63,411 bases of DNA, filler included, from Octopus bimaculoides (GCF_001194135.2; 4 parts of 4 records of this genome joined end to end with filler, not necessarily neighbours in it); one strand, 5' to 3'. Shown: positions 1-10,648, numbered from the whole stretch's first letter. Notes: generated by a model not told the origin, from the letters alone. Translations and numbers: made by a program.

Positions 1-974
1 TATATATATATATATATATTCGTGTACACTCGGATGCAGGGAAACCTTTCGCTCCGTAAATAATCTCGGGGAAAAAAATATCCTCACAGACAAATGTGTG
101 AAAACCCGTTGAACTATGGCGATAATGTCATGAGATCGTGGGACGCCTACATTTCTGAGTGCACAAGAACGTGTTCAATATGAACGTGTACAAATATATT
201 TTATTTAACCCTACTTTGGGTACCACTTGTTAATAAATTCCAGTTTGGCCAAGCTTTGCACACATCAGCGAATGTATTATTTGCTGTTCGTCGCTATATT
301 CGTCGCTGATGAAGTGCAATGACGCGGGAACGCATGCGTCCTACATCTGATGACGTCAGTCGTAGCCCAGCGTGTTTGTAAATTTATCGTCTATGGTAAT
401 AATTTTTTCTCGAGACTACTTCCGCAGTGAAAACTCTTCCCGCGTCCGAGTACATATGAACATGCTAAATATTATTTACATGCTGTTATTTATTCAATGT
501 TTATTTGTACGATTCTAATATATTCTTTATTTGTGGCTTAACAATGCGACCAATGGTTTCGTGCAGAAATTCCCAATTTTCAAGCATTCCACTGAAGAAT
601 ATTGTCTCACATAGCCTCATTCAAGTTTAGACCAGACGAATACCAGACACTACTGGCTGTATGAATTCAAAAAGGCCTTTTACTAATGGATGCAGCAAGA
701 AAAAACTCCTTCTCTCTACGGAAATAAGGCTTTAAGTGTCCAGGTCCCTCAACATTGATGTGGCCAGTTTCGCTCGGGAAATTTTTCTATCGCAGATCTC
801 TTTCCATCCGGACAACTAACTTCTTTCAGTATGGAGTTTCTGAAGACCGCAGATGACGAAGATCCAAAGAAAATATTCGAAAGTTAGCAACGTCGTGGTC
901 GAATACTCTTTTAAATGGCGGTGCCCCAGCATGGCCACAGCTCATGAGCTGAAACTAGATAAAATGAAAATGAA

Positions 975-1680
975 AAATGAACATAGATCAGTTTTAAGTC
1001 AAACTTCGATCATAAAACTCCTTCTTGAACTAAATGTCCAAAATTGACCAGTGGGTGCCTCATCATCTGATTGCTTCTCAGTTTAATCAAAGAGTTGCCC
1101 TCTACTCGTCATTGCTGCTGTCTCGGTTGAATCATCACAAGGGATGGAATGTGGTTTTCTTACAGTCGTAACCGATAGCGGTTATCATCCAGGAAAAAAA
1201 GGGAATCAATCCCCAAACCCCACAAAAAAAAGACTAAAGCCGAAAAAAAGTTATGCTCTGTGTTTGGTGAGATAAGAAGGGCGTCGTCCATCTTGAAATA
1301 TTAAACCAACGCGAAATAGTTATCGTGGAGAAGTGTTGTCGTCAATCGGAAGCATTGTGCAAAAATTAGCAGCAAAAGTACTCTTCATTTGTCAATCGCA
1401 AGCAAGTGTTGCTCTGACATGATAAAGCAGAATCACATGTTGCCCAAATTCCTCAGGAAAACATTAAGACACAAAATATGGAGATTTTTCCTCATTCTCT
1501 TTACTCGCTTGGTTTATCCCATCTATCATCGTTTCAAATAATTGTGAAGAGCTTAAAAATAACGTTGAGTGTTTCTTTCCGTCGAAATCTGAATAATTTT
1601 AAGCCCAAGGGATCAAATTTACCAAATAGATGGGATTATATTATCAACAATGAGAGGAAATACAATCTTGATTAAGTATA
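975..1680 (+). pseudogene. Degenerate mariner transposase
   Basis: WVPHHL at 1052-1069, KKVMLCVW*DKKGVVHLE, LL*HDKAESHVA, EIFPHSLYS and RWDYII..ERKY match mariner WVPHEL, HDNARPH and HPPYSPDL motifs; many stops and frameshifts. Confidence 0.8.
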
Positions 1681-1880
1681 TTAATTAAGACTAAAGAAAT
1701 ATGCGTTCGTTTCCCATCGTGAACTTTCTTACAAGACTTTCTTACCAACCAAATATTTAGCATTACGGAGTCTGCTACGTTTTGTGCCGACGATGCAAGA
1801 AAATAGACATGGAAATTGGTTTCCATTGTAGAGTTATTAGTACTTTTACTTACTTAAAAGCTTGTAAGATACAACTTACC

Positions 1881-1979
1881 AGTTCTTAAGTAACTATAAA
1901 TATAAGTTATATAATATCGTTAATTACATATATGTGTATATACGCGTATGTGTGTGTGTGTGTGCATATATATATATGC

Positions 1980-2018
<39 letters not shown>

Positions 2019-2170
2019 CATATACATATACATACATACATACATACATATATACATATATATATATATACATATATATATATACATATATATATATGCA
2101 CACACACGTATATACGCATATATGTAATTAATGATATTATATAACTTATATCTAGAGTTACTTAAGAACT
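1881..2170. repeat. Foldback inverted repeat with a TA/CA microsatellite core
   Basis: agttcttaagtaact..ataagttatataatatcgttaattacatatatg at 1881 onward is the near-perfect reverse complement of 2085-2170. Confidence 0.8.
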
Positions 2171-2183
2171 TTAAAGCTGAGCT

Positions 2184-2238
<55 letters not shown>

Positions 2239-2497
2239 NNNNNNNNNNNNNNNNNNNNNNNNNNNNNNNNNNNNNNNNNNNNNNNNNNNNNNNNNNNNNN
2301 NNNNNNNNNNNNNNNNNNNNNNNNNNNNNNNNNNNNNNNNNNNNNNNNNNNNNNNNNNNNNNNNNNNNNNNNNNNNNNNNNNNNNNNNNNNNNNNNNNNN
2401 NNNNNNNNNNNNNNNNNNNNNNNNNNNNNNNNNNNNNNNNNNNNNNNNNNNNNNNNNNNNNNNNNNNNNNNNNNNNNNNNNNNNNNNNNNNNNNNNN

Positions 2498-2890
2498 TAC
2501 CAACCATATGGTTCCGGGTTCAGTCCCACTGCGTGGCACCTTGCGCAAATGTCTTCTATTATAGCCTCGGGCTGACCAAAGCCTTGTGAGTGGATTTGGT
2601 AGACGGGAACTGAAAGAAGCCCATCCTGTATATGTGTGTGTGCGTGTATGTGTATGTGTTTGTGTGTCTGTGTTTGTCTCTCCACCATCGCTTGACAACC
2701 GATGTTGGTGTCTTTACGTCCCCATAACCTAGCGGTTCGGCAAAAGTGACTGATAGAAATAAGTGCTAGGCTTGCAAAGAATAAGTCCTGGGGTCGATTT
2801 ATTCGACTAAAGGCGGTGTTCCAGCATGGCCGCAGTCAAATGACTGAAACAAGTAAAAGAATAAAAGAATTAAAGAATAAAAGAATATAC
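2498..2890 (+). mobile_element. tRNA-like SINE family A (internal TA/GT microsatellite)
   Basis: B-box-like ggttcagtccc, shared body cttgtgagtggatttggtagac and tail ggcggtgttccagcatggccgcagtcaaatgactgaaacaagtaaaag; 5' end lies in a gap. Partial copies at about 890-960(+), 3010-3145(+), 27965-28170(-), 29715-29870(-), 31140-31235(-), 44270-44410(+), 49690-49875(-), 58110-58160(-). Confidence 0.85.
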
Positions 2891-3204
2891 ACAATTACAT
2901 AGTAATGTTGATTACATTTCGTGATAATTGTAGAATCGGTAAACTTTCGCTATTCTGTTATTTTTTTATCCTTTATTCTTTTACTTCTTTCATTCTTTGG
3001 ACTGCGACCATGCTGGGGTTCGGCAAAAGAGACCGATAAAATAAGTACTAGGCTTACAAAGAATAAGTCCTGGGGTCGATTTGTTCGACTAAAGGCTGTG
3101 CTCCAGCATGGCCGCGGTCAAATGACTGAAACCAATAACAGGAAGCAAAAGAAATGTTTATCATTTTGGAAATGGTGAATAGCTTTTCTTTTAATAGTAT
3201 TTAG

Positions 3205-3570
3205 TTCTTTCTTTTCTACTCTAGGCACAAGTCCCGAAATCTGGGGGGAGGGGGGGCCAATCGATTAGATCGACCCCAGTACGCAACTGGTACTTAATTT
3301 ATCGAGCCCTAAAGGATGAAAGGTAAAGTTGATATTATTAAAAATGCTAAGACGGCAAGCTGACAGAATCGCTCGAACGCCGAGGGAAGAGCTTAGCGGT
3401 ATTTCGTCTGCCGCCACGTTCTGAGTTCAAATTCCGCCGAGATCGACTTTACTTTTTATCCTTTTGGGAGTCGATAAATTAAGTACCAGTGAAACACTGG
3501 GGTCGATGTAATCGACTAGTCCCCTCCCCCACAAATTTCAGGCTTTGTGCCTTTGGTAGAAAGGATGTTA
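3205..3570. mobile_element. Two partial SINE family B copies in inverted orientation
   Basis: 3205-3330 (-) and 3385-3570 (+) both carry ctttcatcctt..gtcgataaattaagtaccagt..ctggggtcgat..aatcgac. Confidence 0.75.
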
Positions 3571-4539
3571 TTAAAAACATTTTATCTCGCAGAACTCCCA
3601 GAATTATTTCAAGGAACATATTTTGTAAAATATTTACATAGGAGATGTTGAATGGTGAAGAGTCTAGTAGAACATGCGAGGGTAGGGTGCTGCTATAATG
3701 TTCTGAGGAGTAGAGACTTGGGAAATAACGATAAAAAAAGACCGAGAAAGAGAGGGGAAATAAAGTCGAACAATTGTGGACGATTTTTAAAGAATTTTGG
3801 TCAATGGTGGTTTTAAATTTCATGTAGGGTTAGGTCATTAGTACCTTTAATGTAGAGCTGGAGGAGCGACTAATCTGTGACATATTAAATGTCTTATCCA
3901 GAAGATGACATCACTATCTCTTGTTTTACGCCGTGTCAAACGCTGATAAGCCGCAAACTCAGTTATTTTAGCTTAGCCTGAAAAAAATTTAGTTTATATT
4001 TCAAATATTTATCTCGTTAAGATTTGAAAAGTGCAGCATATGCTTATCACAAAATATACACTGCATAATAACGATAGCAATTATAAAATCAGAAATAGAA
4101 ATTAAATCCCAGTGGAAACTGTGACCCGATGATCAGTATAACATGTGAAAGAAATAAGGAAAGACGAACCTTAAATAATTATTTCAATGGATACATACAT
4201 AAAATACATACATACATGCATGCATACATATATACACAAATGTATGTATGTACGCATATGTGTATGTATAGTGATTACTTCAGCGCTCTAACAAACTGTT
4301 GCTGGAATTCAATTAAAAGGGCTCTGGATAAAAATGTTTGAAATATAAAACCTCAGAGAGAAATAGCAACAGTTTGATATATATAAAATGGTGAGTCACA
4401 GAATGTTCCAGAGGTTAACAGGAAGTTAAAACATGTACAGAATGAAAGAAGGGTAAATTAAGCTGCTAAGTGGATAAGAAAGAAAATTGAGAGAAAATGG
4501 CGGAGGGAAAAAGAGATGGGACAAAATGCAATAGAGAGT

Positions 4540-5070
4540 ATATATAGATATATTGAAAACAAAACAGAATATATATGGTTATCTAGAACAGTGCTTCTCA
4601 AACTATCTGATGTGGCATACCGGCAGTTTTTTTTCCAGTGTGCCAGGGACTGGTAACATTTCTTAGTAATATTAATTTATACTGGAAACAATATATATAA
4701 TGAATATAATAAAAGTTGACAATTTTTTTATCTTATATCTATTTTGTAAACAAATAATACAATATTGCACAAGCATTTTATAATGTTTCTTTCTTTTCTG
4801 GAAACTTGCTGCGTATCGGCAGTTGATGGCTCGCGAACCGGCACCGGTCCGCCGACCGCCACTGTGAGTAGCACTGATCTAGAAGACAAATGCCGTGTAA
4901 ATAGTTTCCTAGAAGACAAAAGACTGTGCATAGCTAGCTAGGAAACAAAAGTTGTGTGTATAATTATCTAAATGATAAAAAAAACTGCGTATATAGTTAT
5001 CTAGAAGACAAATGATTATGTATACAGTTATCTAGAAAACAAGAACTGCGTATACAGCTATCTAGAAAAC
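4540..5070. repeat. Degenerate ~31-bp minisatellite interrupted by the hAT MITE
   Basis: Repeated unit like tatctagaagacaaatgactgtgtatatagt on both sides of the MITE. Confidence 0.75.
4589..4876. mobile_element. hAT (Charlie-like) MITE, 288 bp
   Basis: Termini CAGTGCTTCTCA and TGAGTAGCACTG; exact 8-bp TSD ATCTAGAA at 4581-4588 and 4877-4884. Confidence 0.9.
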
Positions 5071-5195
5071 GGGTCTATAGTAATGCTGGCGCAATATATA
5101 AACTAAACAGATTAAGAGTGTCAGGTTTGGAGAATAGCAGAATAAACTGTAAATAAACGAGGAGAAGGTAACAAGAAACCATTGCAGTATGTCTC

Positions 5196-5266
5196 CTAAG
5201 AAAAATCATGACTCTTCAGTCTTTCGCGTGAAGATTCGTGATTGACGATGGCTGTAGGAACGGCAC
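5196..5266 (-). CDS. Possible downstream or alternative terminal exon of the membrane-protein gene
   Basis: Strong acceptor aattctttctcttcag|GT. A phase-1 reading gives (S)AVPTAIVNHESSRERLKSHDFS*, but it needs the weak donor GAAA|GTTGAA at 8838. Confidence 0.3.
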
Positions 5267-5463
5267 CTGAAGAGAAAGAATTTCATATACAAACTGAAAA
5301 TCATGGCTTTGTAAGAAATGGCTGTGAAGGGAATCTGCTCCGACTGAGAAACGAAACCGTTGACTTGCTTCTTTCTTATTCAGTACATGCCTAGAGTGAT
5401 TCAATTCCGAATCACTCGTTGCAGCACGGAGTCATGGTTTGTCAAGTTGGCTAATCCAGAAAG

Positions 5464-5545
5464 TGTGGCTTCAACCCTCCAGCCCTCATCCGGTGTCTTG
5501 GGGAAATTTCGAACCTGAGTTCTATTCCTTAGGTATTTTTCGATG
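5464..5545 (-). mobile_element. Inverted, degenerate copy of the hammerhead-bearing repeat
   Basis: Reverse complement reads atcgaaaaatacctaaggaat..ggttcgaaatttccccaagacac-CGGATGA-GGGCTGGAGGGTTGAAGCC-ACAC, matching 5784-5863 but with a broken core and no GAAA. Confidence 0.75.
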
Positions 5546-5556
5546 TTATTATTATT

Positions 5557-5591
<35 letters not shown>

Positions 5592-5613
5592 TAATAATAA
5601 TAATAATAATAAT

Positions 5614-5673
5614 AAAGAGTTAGAACCAGCGGAGAGCTACAAATACCTAGGGGTAATTGAAGGGGACAATATC
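5614..5673 (+). mobile_element. Short R4/Dong RT fragment abutting (AAT)n
   Basis: aaagagttagaaccagcggagagctacaaatacctaggggtaattgaaggggacaat is identical to 13086-13142 (KELEPAESYKYLGVIEGDN); runs into a gap. Confidence 0.85.
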
Positions 5674-5718
5674 NNNNNNNNNNNNNNNNNNNNNNNNNNN
5701 NNNNNNNNNNNNNNNNNN

Positions 5719-5784
<66 letters not shown>

Positions 5785-5831
5785 TCGAAAAATACCTTAG
5801 GAATGAGAACCCAGGTTCGAAATTTCCCCAA

Positions 5832-5876
5832 GACATCTGATGAAGGCTGGAGGGTTATCAGCCGAAACGTTGTGTT
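5832..5876 (+). ncRNA. Minimal type I hammerhead ribozyme motif (Penelope-type) within a repeat at about 5780-5930
   Basis: Stem I GACAU 5832-36 / GUGUU 5872-76; CUGAUGA 5837-43; extra A; stem II GGCUG 5845-49 / CAGCC 5859-63; GAAA 5864-67; palindromic stem III ACGU; GUU cleavage triplet 5869-71. Confidence 0.75.
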
Positions 5877-7492
5877 AACAACAAACAAGATGAGGACAAA
5901 TATCCGTCAAATGTAAATAATGTAGATAATGAAGAAACTTTTATTTGAATAAAAAAAAAGGCCGTTAATGACTCAACCTCGATATATTGCACGTCTTGCC
6001 ATTGTAATATTATTCCAAGAATGAGAACTCTCTCAAATTATGAAAAAGTTGATAAGTACTTCATGAGAATCAAACCTCCAATCCAAATATTAACATCAAA
6101 GCCACAGCGGAGCTAATAGCTGTGAGAATGACCTTATGACTTGTCGTTGTGTAATACACACAGTTGAGCATCTGAGTGAAATAAGAGAATATGGAGAACG
6201 AAGTACACTGAGGAACATTTTAAAGATACAAAGGACCACATGATTTTGTCTGAGAAAATAAAACAGGAATTCGCCTACACTAAAAACTAATTATAAGATT
6301 TTCGAAATAATAAAAAAAATATGCTATCGTCGTTGATGATTCAACAGAACCGTTTGTGCATTTTAGTCCATGATTTTAAGCAATCAGAAAAATTTAATTT
6401 TTACTGAACTTCCAGGTTTACTTTCTGTGCAAAGTTTAACGGGTGAAAACTGTTTTCAGTTTGATTGACGAAGTTAAAATGTGTGGCTAGACTCTTATAA
6501 ATTGCTCTGATTTTGCATCAAGTTGTGTATTGGACATACATGCGGTCTAAGTTAAAAGCATACGCCATTCTCTTCGTGTGTTTGTTATCGATTGACAATA
6601 TATATTCAATAGGTTATATTGAAACTATAAGTAAATAATGAGTTTCTAAAGAACTCCTAAAAAGCCAGAATGAAATAAAGAGAAATACACAGAAATATCA
6701 TAGGCCACAGAAGTCTATTTTACTTCACTCTTATTCTGTAGGCTACGAAAATAAAGACAGTAACACCATATGAAGAAGTACAAGAATTTTATCAGAAAAA
6801 ATACAATGTTCTTTCTGGTTTTGGATTTGGTTTTTTTTAGTCTTTTTTTTCTTTTTTTTTTTTTGTAAATATCAGTAAAATTATTTCTCAAATCATATCA
6901 GCATCGGTTTCATATGAAGTTCTTCCAGAAAGTCAGTGAAACGCTGTAATTTTTCCAAAGATATTTTAATTCAAAACGAAAACTGCATATAATGTATCAC
7001 AAATTTCTTTGTATTACATTGTGAGGTTGTAANNNNNNNNNNNNNNNNNNNNNNNNNNNNNNNNNNNNNNNNNNNNNNNNNNNNNNNNNNNNNNNNNNNN
7101 NNNNNNNNNNNNNNNNNNNNNNNNNNNNNNNNNNNNNNNNNNNNNNNNNNNNNNNNNNNNNNNNNNNNNNNNNNNNNNNNNNNNNNNNNNNNNNNNNNNN
7201 NNNNNNNNNNNNNNNNNNNNNNNNNNNNNNNNNNNNNNNNNNNNNNNNNNNNNNNNNNNNNNNNNNNNNNNNNNNNNNNNNNNNNNNNNNNNNNNNNNNN
7301 NNNNNNNNNNNNNNNNNNNNNNNNNNNNNNNNNNNNNNNNNNNNNNNNNNNNNNNNNNNNNNNNNNNNNNNNNNNNNNNNNNNNNNNNNNNNNNNNNNNN
7401 NNNNNGTGTGAGGTTCAAAATGGTGGAAAGGAAAACAAAAACATAACGCAGAGACAGGTGAAAGAACAAAAAACAGGGTGTTGACGAAAGTG

Positions 7493-7530
7493 TCTTTGAC
7501 GTTTCGAGCCTATGCTCTTCTGCAGAAAGA
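7493..7530 (-). ncRNA. Second hammerhead-like motif with a non-canonical core (CUGCAGA)
   Basis: Minus: UCUUU-CUGCAGA-A-GAGC-AUAG-GCUC-GAAA-CG-UC-AAAGA. All three stems pair and the triplet is GUC, but position 6 is C instead of A. Confidence 0.55.
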
Positions 7531-7706
7531 AAAGATGAGAGAAATCAGTGAGAGGGAGAGAGGGAGAAATGATGAACTCTGTGTGTATGTGTGTGTGTGT
7601 GTGTGCGCGCGTGCGCGCGCGTATGCGTGTGTGTGTGTGTGTGTGTGTGTATGTGAGGGTATGCGCGCGTTTGTATACATGTGTGTACACATCGATGGCA
7701 GTGTTT

Positions 7707-7749
<43 letters not shown>

Positions 7750-7922
7750 CAGTAGTAAGTTTTTAGATTTGTGTTTCAATTCTAAGCGAATCTGCTAACT
7801 CTGTCAAATTAACCAAGAAAATATAACATATTCCACTTCCTGTCAGGCTTATTCTTACGAACACAAAGGCATACATACTGACACGCATTCACACACATAC
7901 ACACACACATTTAAGCGTGTTC

Positions 7923-7965
<43 letters not shown>

Positions 7966-8019
7966 AGTGTATACATGTGTATAAGTCAGTGAATATATAT
8001 ATATATATATATGTAAATC

Positions 8020-8225
8020 CGTCCAAGGTTGGGGCTACGTGCCATTTGCCACCTACACAGTTCAGGCTCACAACGCATAAATTCACTGCAACACAATTTC
8101 TTTTCTTCAACAGGCCGTGTTCATTATCCGAAAACGAATCAAAGAAAAAGATCCCATCAACTTGGAACGAAACCTAGACAAATTTCTTCAAGGGATACCA
8201 GATAAGCCATCTATACCTGGATTTA
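8020..8225 (+). mobile_element. CR1/L2-type LINE ORF2 C-terminal fragment
   Basis: KRIKEKDPINLERNLDKFLQGIPDKPSIPG resembles the FK..LD.FL..IPD.P end of CR1-like ORF2. Confidence 0.6.
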
Positions 8226-8833
8226 NNNNNNNNNNNNNNNNNNNNNNNNNNNNNNNNNNNNNNNNNNNNNNNNNNNNNNNNNNNNNNNNNNNNNNNNNNN
8301 NNNNNNNNNNNNNNNNNNNNNNNNNNNNNNNNNNNNNNNNNNNNNNNNNNNNNNNNNNNNNNNNNNNNNNNNNNNNNNNNNNNNNNNNNNNNNNNNNNNN
8401 NNNNNNNNNNNNNNNNNNNNNNNNNNNNNNNNNNNNNNNNNNNNNNNNNNNNNNNNNNNNNNNNNNNNNNNNNNNNNNNNNNNNNNNNNNNNNNNNNNNN
8501 NNNNNNNNNNNNNNNNNNNNNNNNNNNNNNNNNNNNNNNNNNNNNNNNNNNNNNNNNNNNNNNNNNNNNNNNNNNAACCTATTAGTGTTTAGTGTTCAAT
8601 CACTTTTCTGTCTGGGATGGGTGTACTAAAACAGTCAGTTGATAGAAATGACAAATAACATTTTTATGTACGACATATGTGTACGTGTGTATGTGTGAGT
8701 GTATGTGTGTATGAAAGAGAGAGAGAGAGAAGAATAAAGTGAGAGAGAGAAAAAAGAGAGAGAGAGAGCTTGTGTGTGTATGTATACGCGAATGTATTAA
8801 CGCGAATTTCTTTTATTTATATATAAATACATT

Positions 8834-9167
8834 TCAACTTTCCGTTCGCGATTCAACTGTAATAGCGGCGTCTCCACTTCCTGTATCATTCGCTGATTCA
8901 AAAGCTTTATTAACACACCCATTATCTGACGTTGATAATTCTGTTGATTTATTCATGTCTGCCTCATTATTAGCAGAAGAGGGCGTCTTTTTGTCGATCT
9001 CAGACAGTGAGTCAAAATCCGTTTGGCAAGTCTTGGAGCAGAATTGTGTCGTATCGTTCACCGATTCCACGTCATCTGGCACTTGTTTGGCGTTATCGTA
9101 AATATTCTCGTCTGAGCTGTGCGCCTTAGGAGCAACTTTTTTGATGTTGTGTTTCCTTTTTCGTTTC
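8834..9167 (-). CDS. Cytoplasmic-tail exon of the same membrane protein
   Basis: Acceptor ttcaatatttcag|G. The first G completes TG|G (Trp) from the TM exon, giving ...YRW-KRKRKHNIKKVAPKAHSSDENIYDNAKQVPDDVES...GCVNKAFES...VESRTES*. 334 nt = 1 + 111 codons, stop-free until TGA at 8834-8836. Confidence 0.8.
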
Positions 9168-9334
9168 CTGAAATATTGAATATATTATAAATATTATAAA
9201 TATATTATAAATGGTAGAATAATGTGATTATTTTAAAGCGGATTTAGGAACAGCAGCTGAGTACATTTACCGTTGGTGTAAATAATGATTTTAAGGATCA
9301 AGTTGTCTGGGACTTCACAATCTATATATGCATA

Positions 9335-9780
9335 CAAGACACTAATTGTCCTCCGTACATTGTTTCTCATGAGCGCGGACACGGCTGACAAGACCAACAC
9401 GGGACAGCCAGATCTTGTGACCCCGAGAGCACTGAAAGGGATCCCGAACGACTTCTGCAAGGGGTTGATGCCGATGTCTCCTTCTTTCTTTATGCAATCT
9501 CCTGCGTTCGATTTCAAAGCGTTCTACGCCAGTGTAACACACGGACATTCATGCCTTCTGATTTACAGCCAGGGGCTCCGACCCATTGGGAAGGACGCCG
9601 CATAAAATGAGAGACTGCTTGAGAGAATCATGAAAACGAAACTTTGGACGTCCATGGGGCCTACTTTTCAGTCTCGATCTCCTTGAAGGGGACCCTCTTT
9701 GGGAGCCAGTTGCCCGGCATCCGAATCACATGGTAAACCCAATGAAGACGGCAAAGGATGCAGGCCTCAACGCTGGATAT
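9335..9780 (-). mobile_element. RTE (BovB-like) LINE 3' fragment
   Basis: LHWVYHVIRMPGNWLPKRVPFKEI..RPHGRPKFRFHDSLKQSL..FEIERRRLHKERRR..FQCSRGHKIWLSRVGLVSRVRAH. Confidence 0.8.
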
Positions 9781-9939
9781 ACACACATACATACACAGAC
9801 ACGCGCATACACATACATATACACATACATCAATACATACATATAAATACATACACACATATATATTCATACATGCATACATATATACATGCATACAAAC
9901 GTACATACATACATACATACATACATACATACATACATA

Positions 9940-10130
9940 CAAGTTCAGGTTTATACCTGTAATTATTGGGGCCCTGGGATATGTAACACGCTGCCTAAAT
10001 ACCAATCTTGAGAAATTAAGCTTCTCAAAACCAGNNNNNNNNNNAGCTAATTCGAAGACTACAGATCCAATCCATCACTGGAACTGTAAAAATCTGTAAA
10101 ACTTTCCAGAAGTTTATCATTTAAATATAT
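9940..10130 (+). mobile_element. R4/Dong-clade C-terminal fragment
   Basis: FIPVIIGALGYV..NLEKL..LQIQSITGTVKICKTF matches the end of the restriction-like endonuclease ORF. Confidence 0.7.
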
Positions 10131-10572
10131 ATGAGCATGTCTAGATATGCAACTATATGCATGAGAATACATCCATAAAACAAAACATACAAATGTGCTC
10201 ATATACATACATACATACATACATACATACATACACACAAGACTTTTCTCAAGTTCCTAATGTGAATTTGTCTGTGTTAACTAAATCTCAAAGATGGAGC
10301 CTTGTATCTTTGCCGGAAACCGGATCCCTCTTCAGTGGAACATTTATAATAATCAAAAAATAGAAGAGACATGCATACATACAAAAATACCCAGCTGTTG
10401 ATGTTGAAATTCCAACGAAGGAGCCTTGGATCTAGGTTAGAAACCAGCTCTTTCTCTATTGGCAAGAAATTTTAAAATAAGACTAAACAATGACATGCAC
10501 ACCCACATAAGACAGACAGACAGACTGATAGAGAGACAGATACACGTAAATATTAATAAAAAAGCTACTTAC

Positions 10573-10648
10573 CATCGATAAACGATAAGTATGATGATCA
10601 TTACAGCAATGAGAAGCAGCACTAGTATGGGAACAAGGATTTTGACGA
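10573..10648 (-). CDS. Transmembrane-helix exon of an unidentified single-pass membrane protein
   Basis: Minus strand: polypyrimidine acceptor ctcttctacttttgcttttcag|TC, 76-nt exon reading (x)-VKILVPILVLLLIAVMIIILIVYR-TG, then consensus donor |GTAAGT. Phase 1 in, phase 2 out. Confidence 0.85.

Noticed and set aside
204-460. TTAACCC start suggesting a piggyBac terminus, followed by a CpG-rich stretch
   Set aside because: No matching GGGTTAA end or transposase motif was found.
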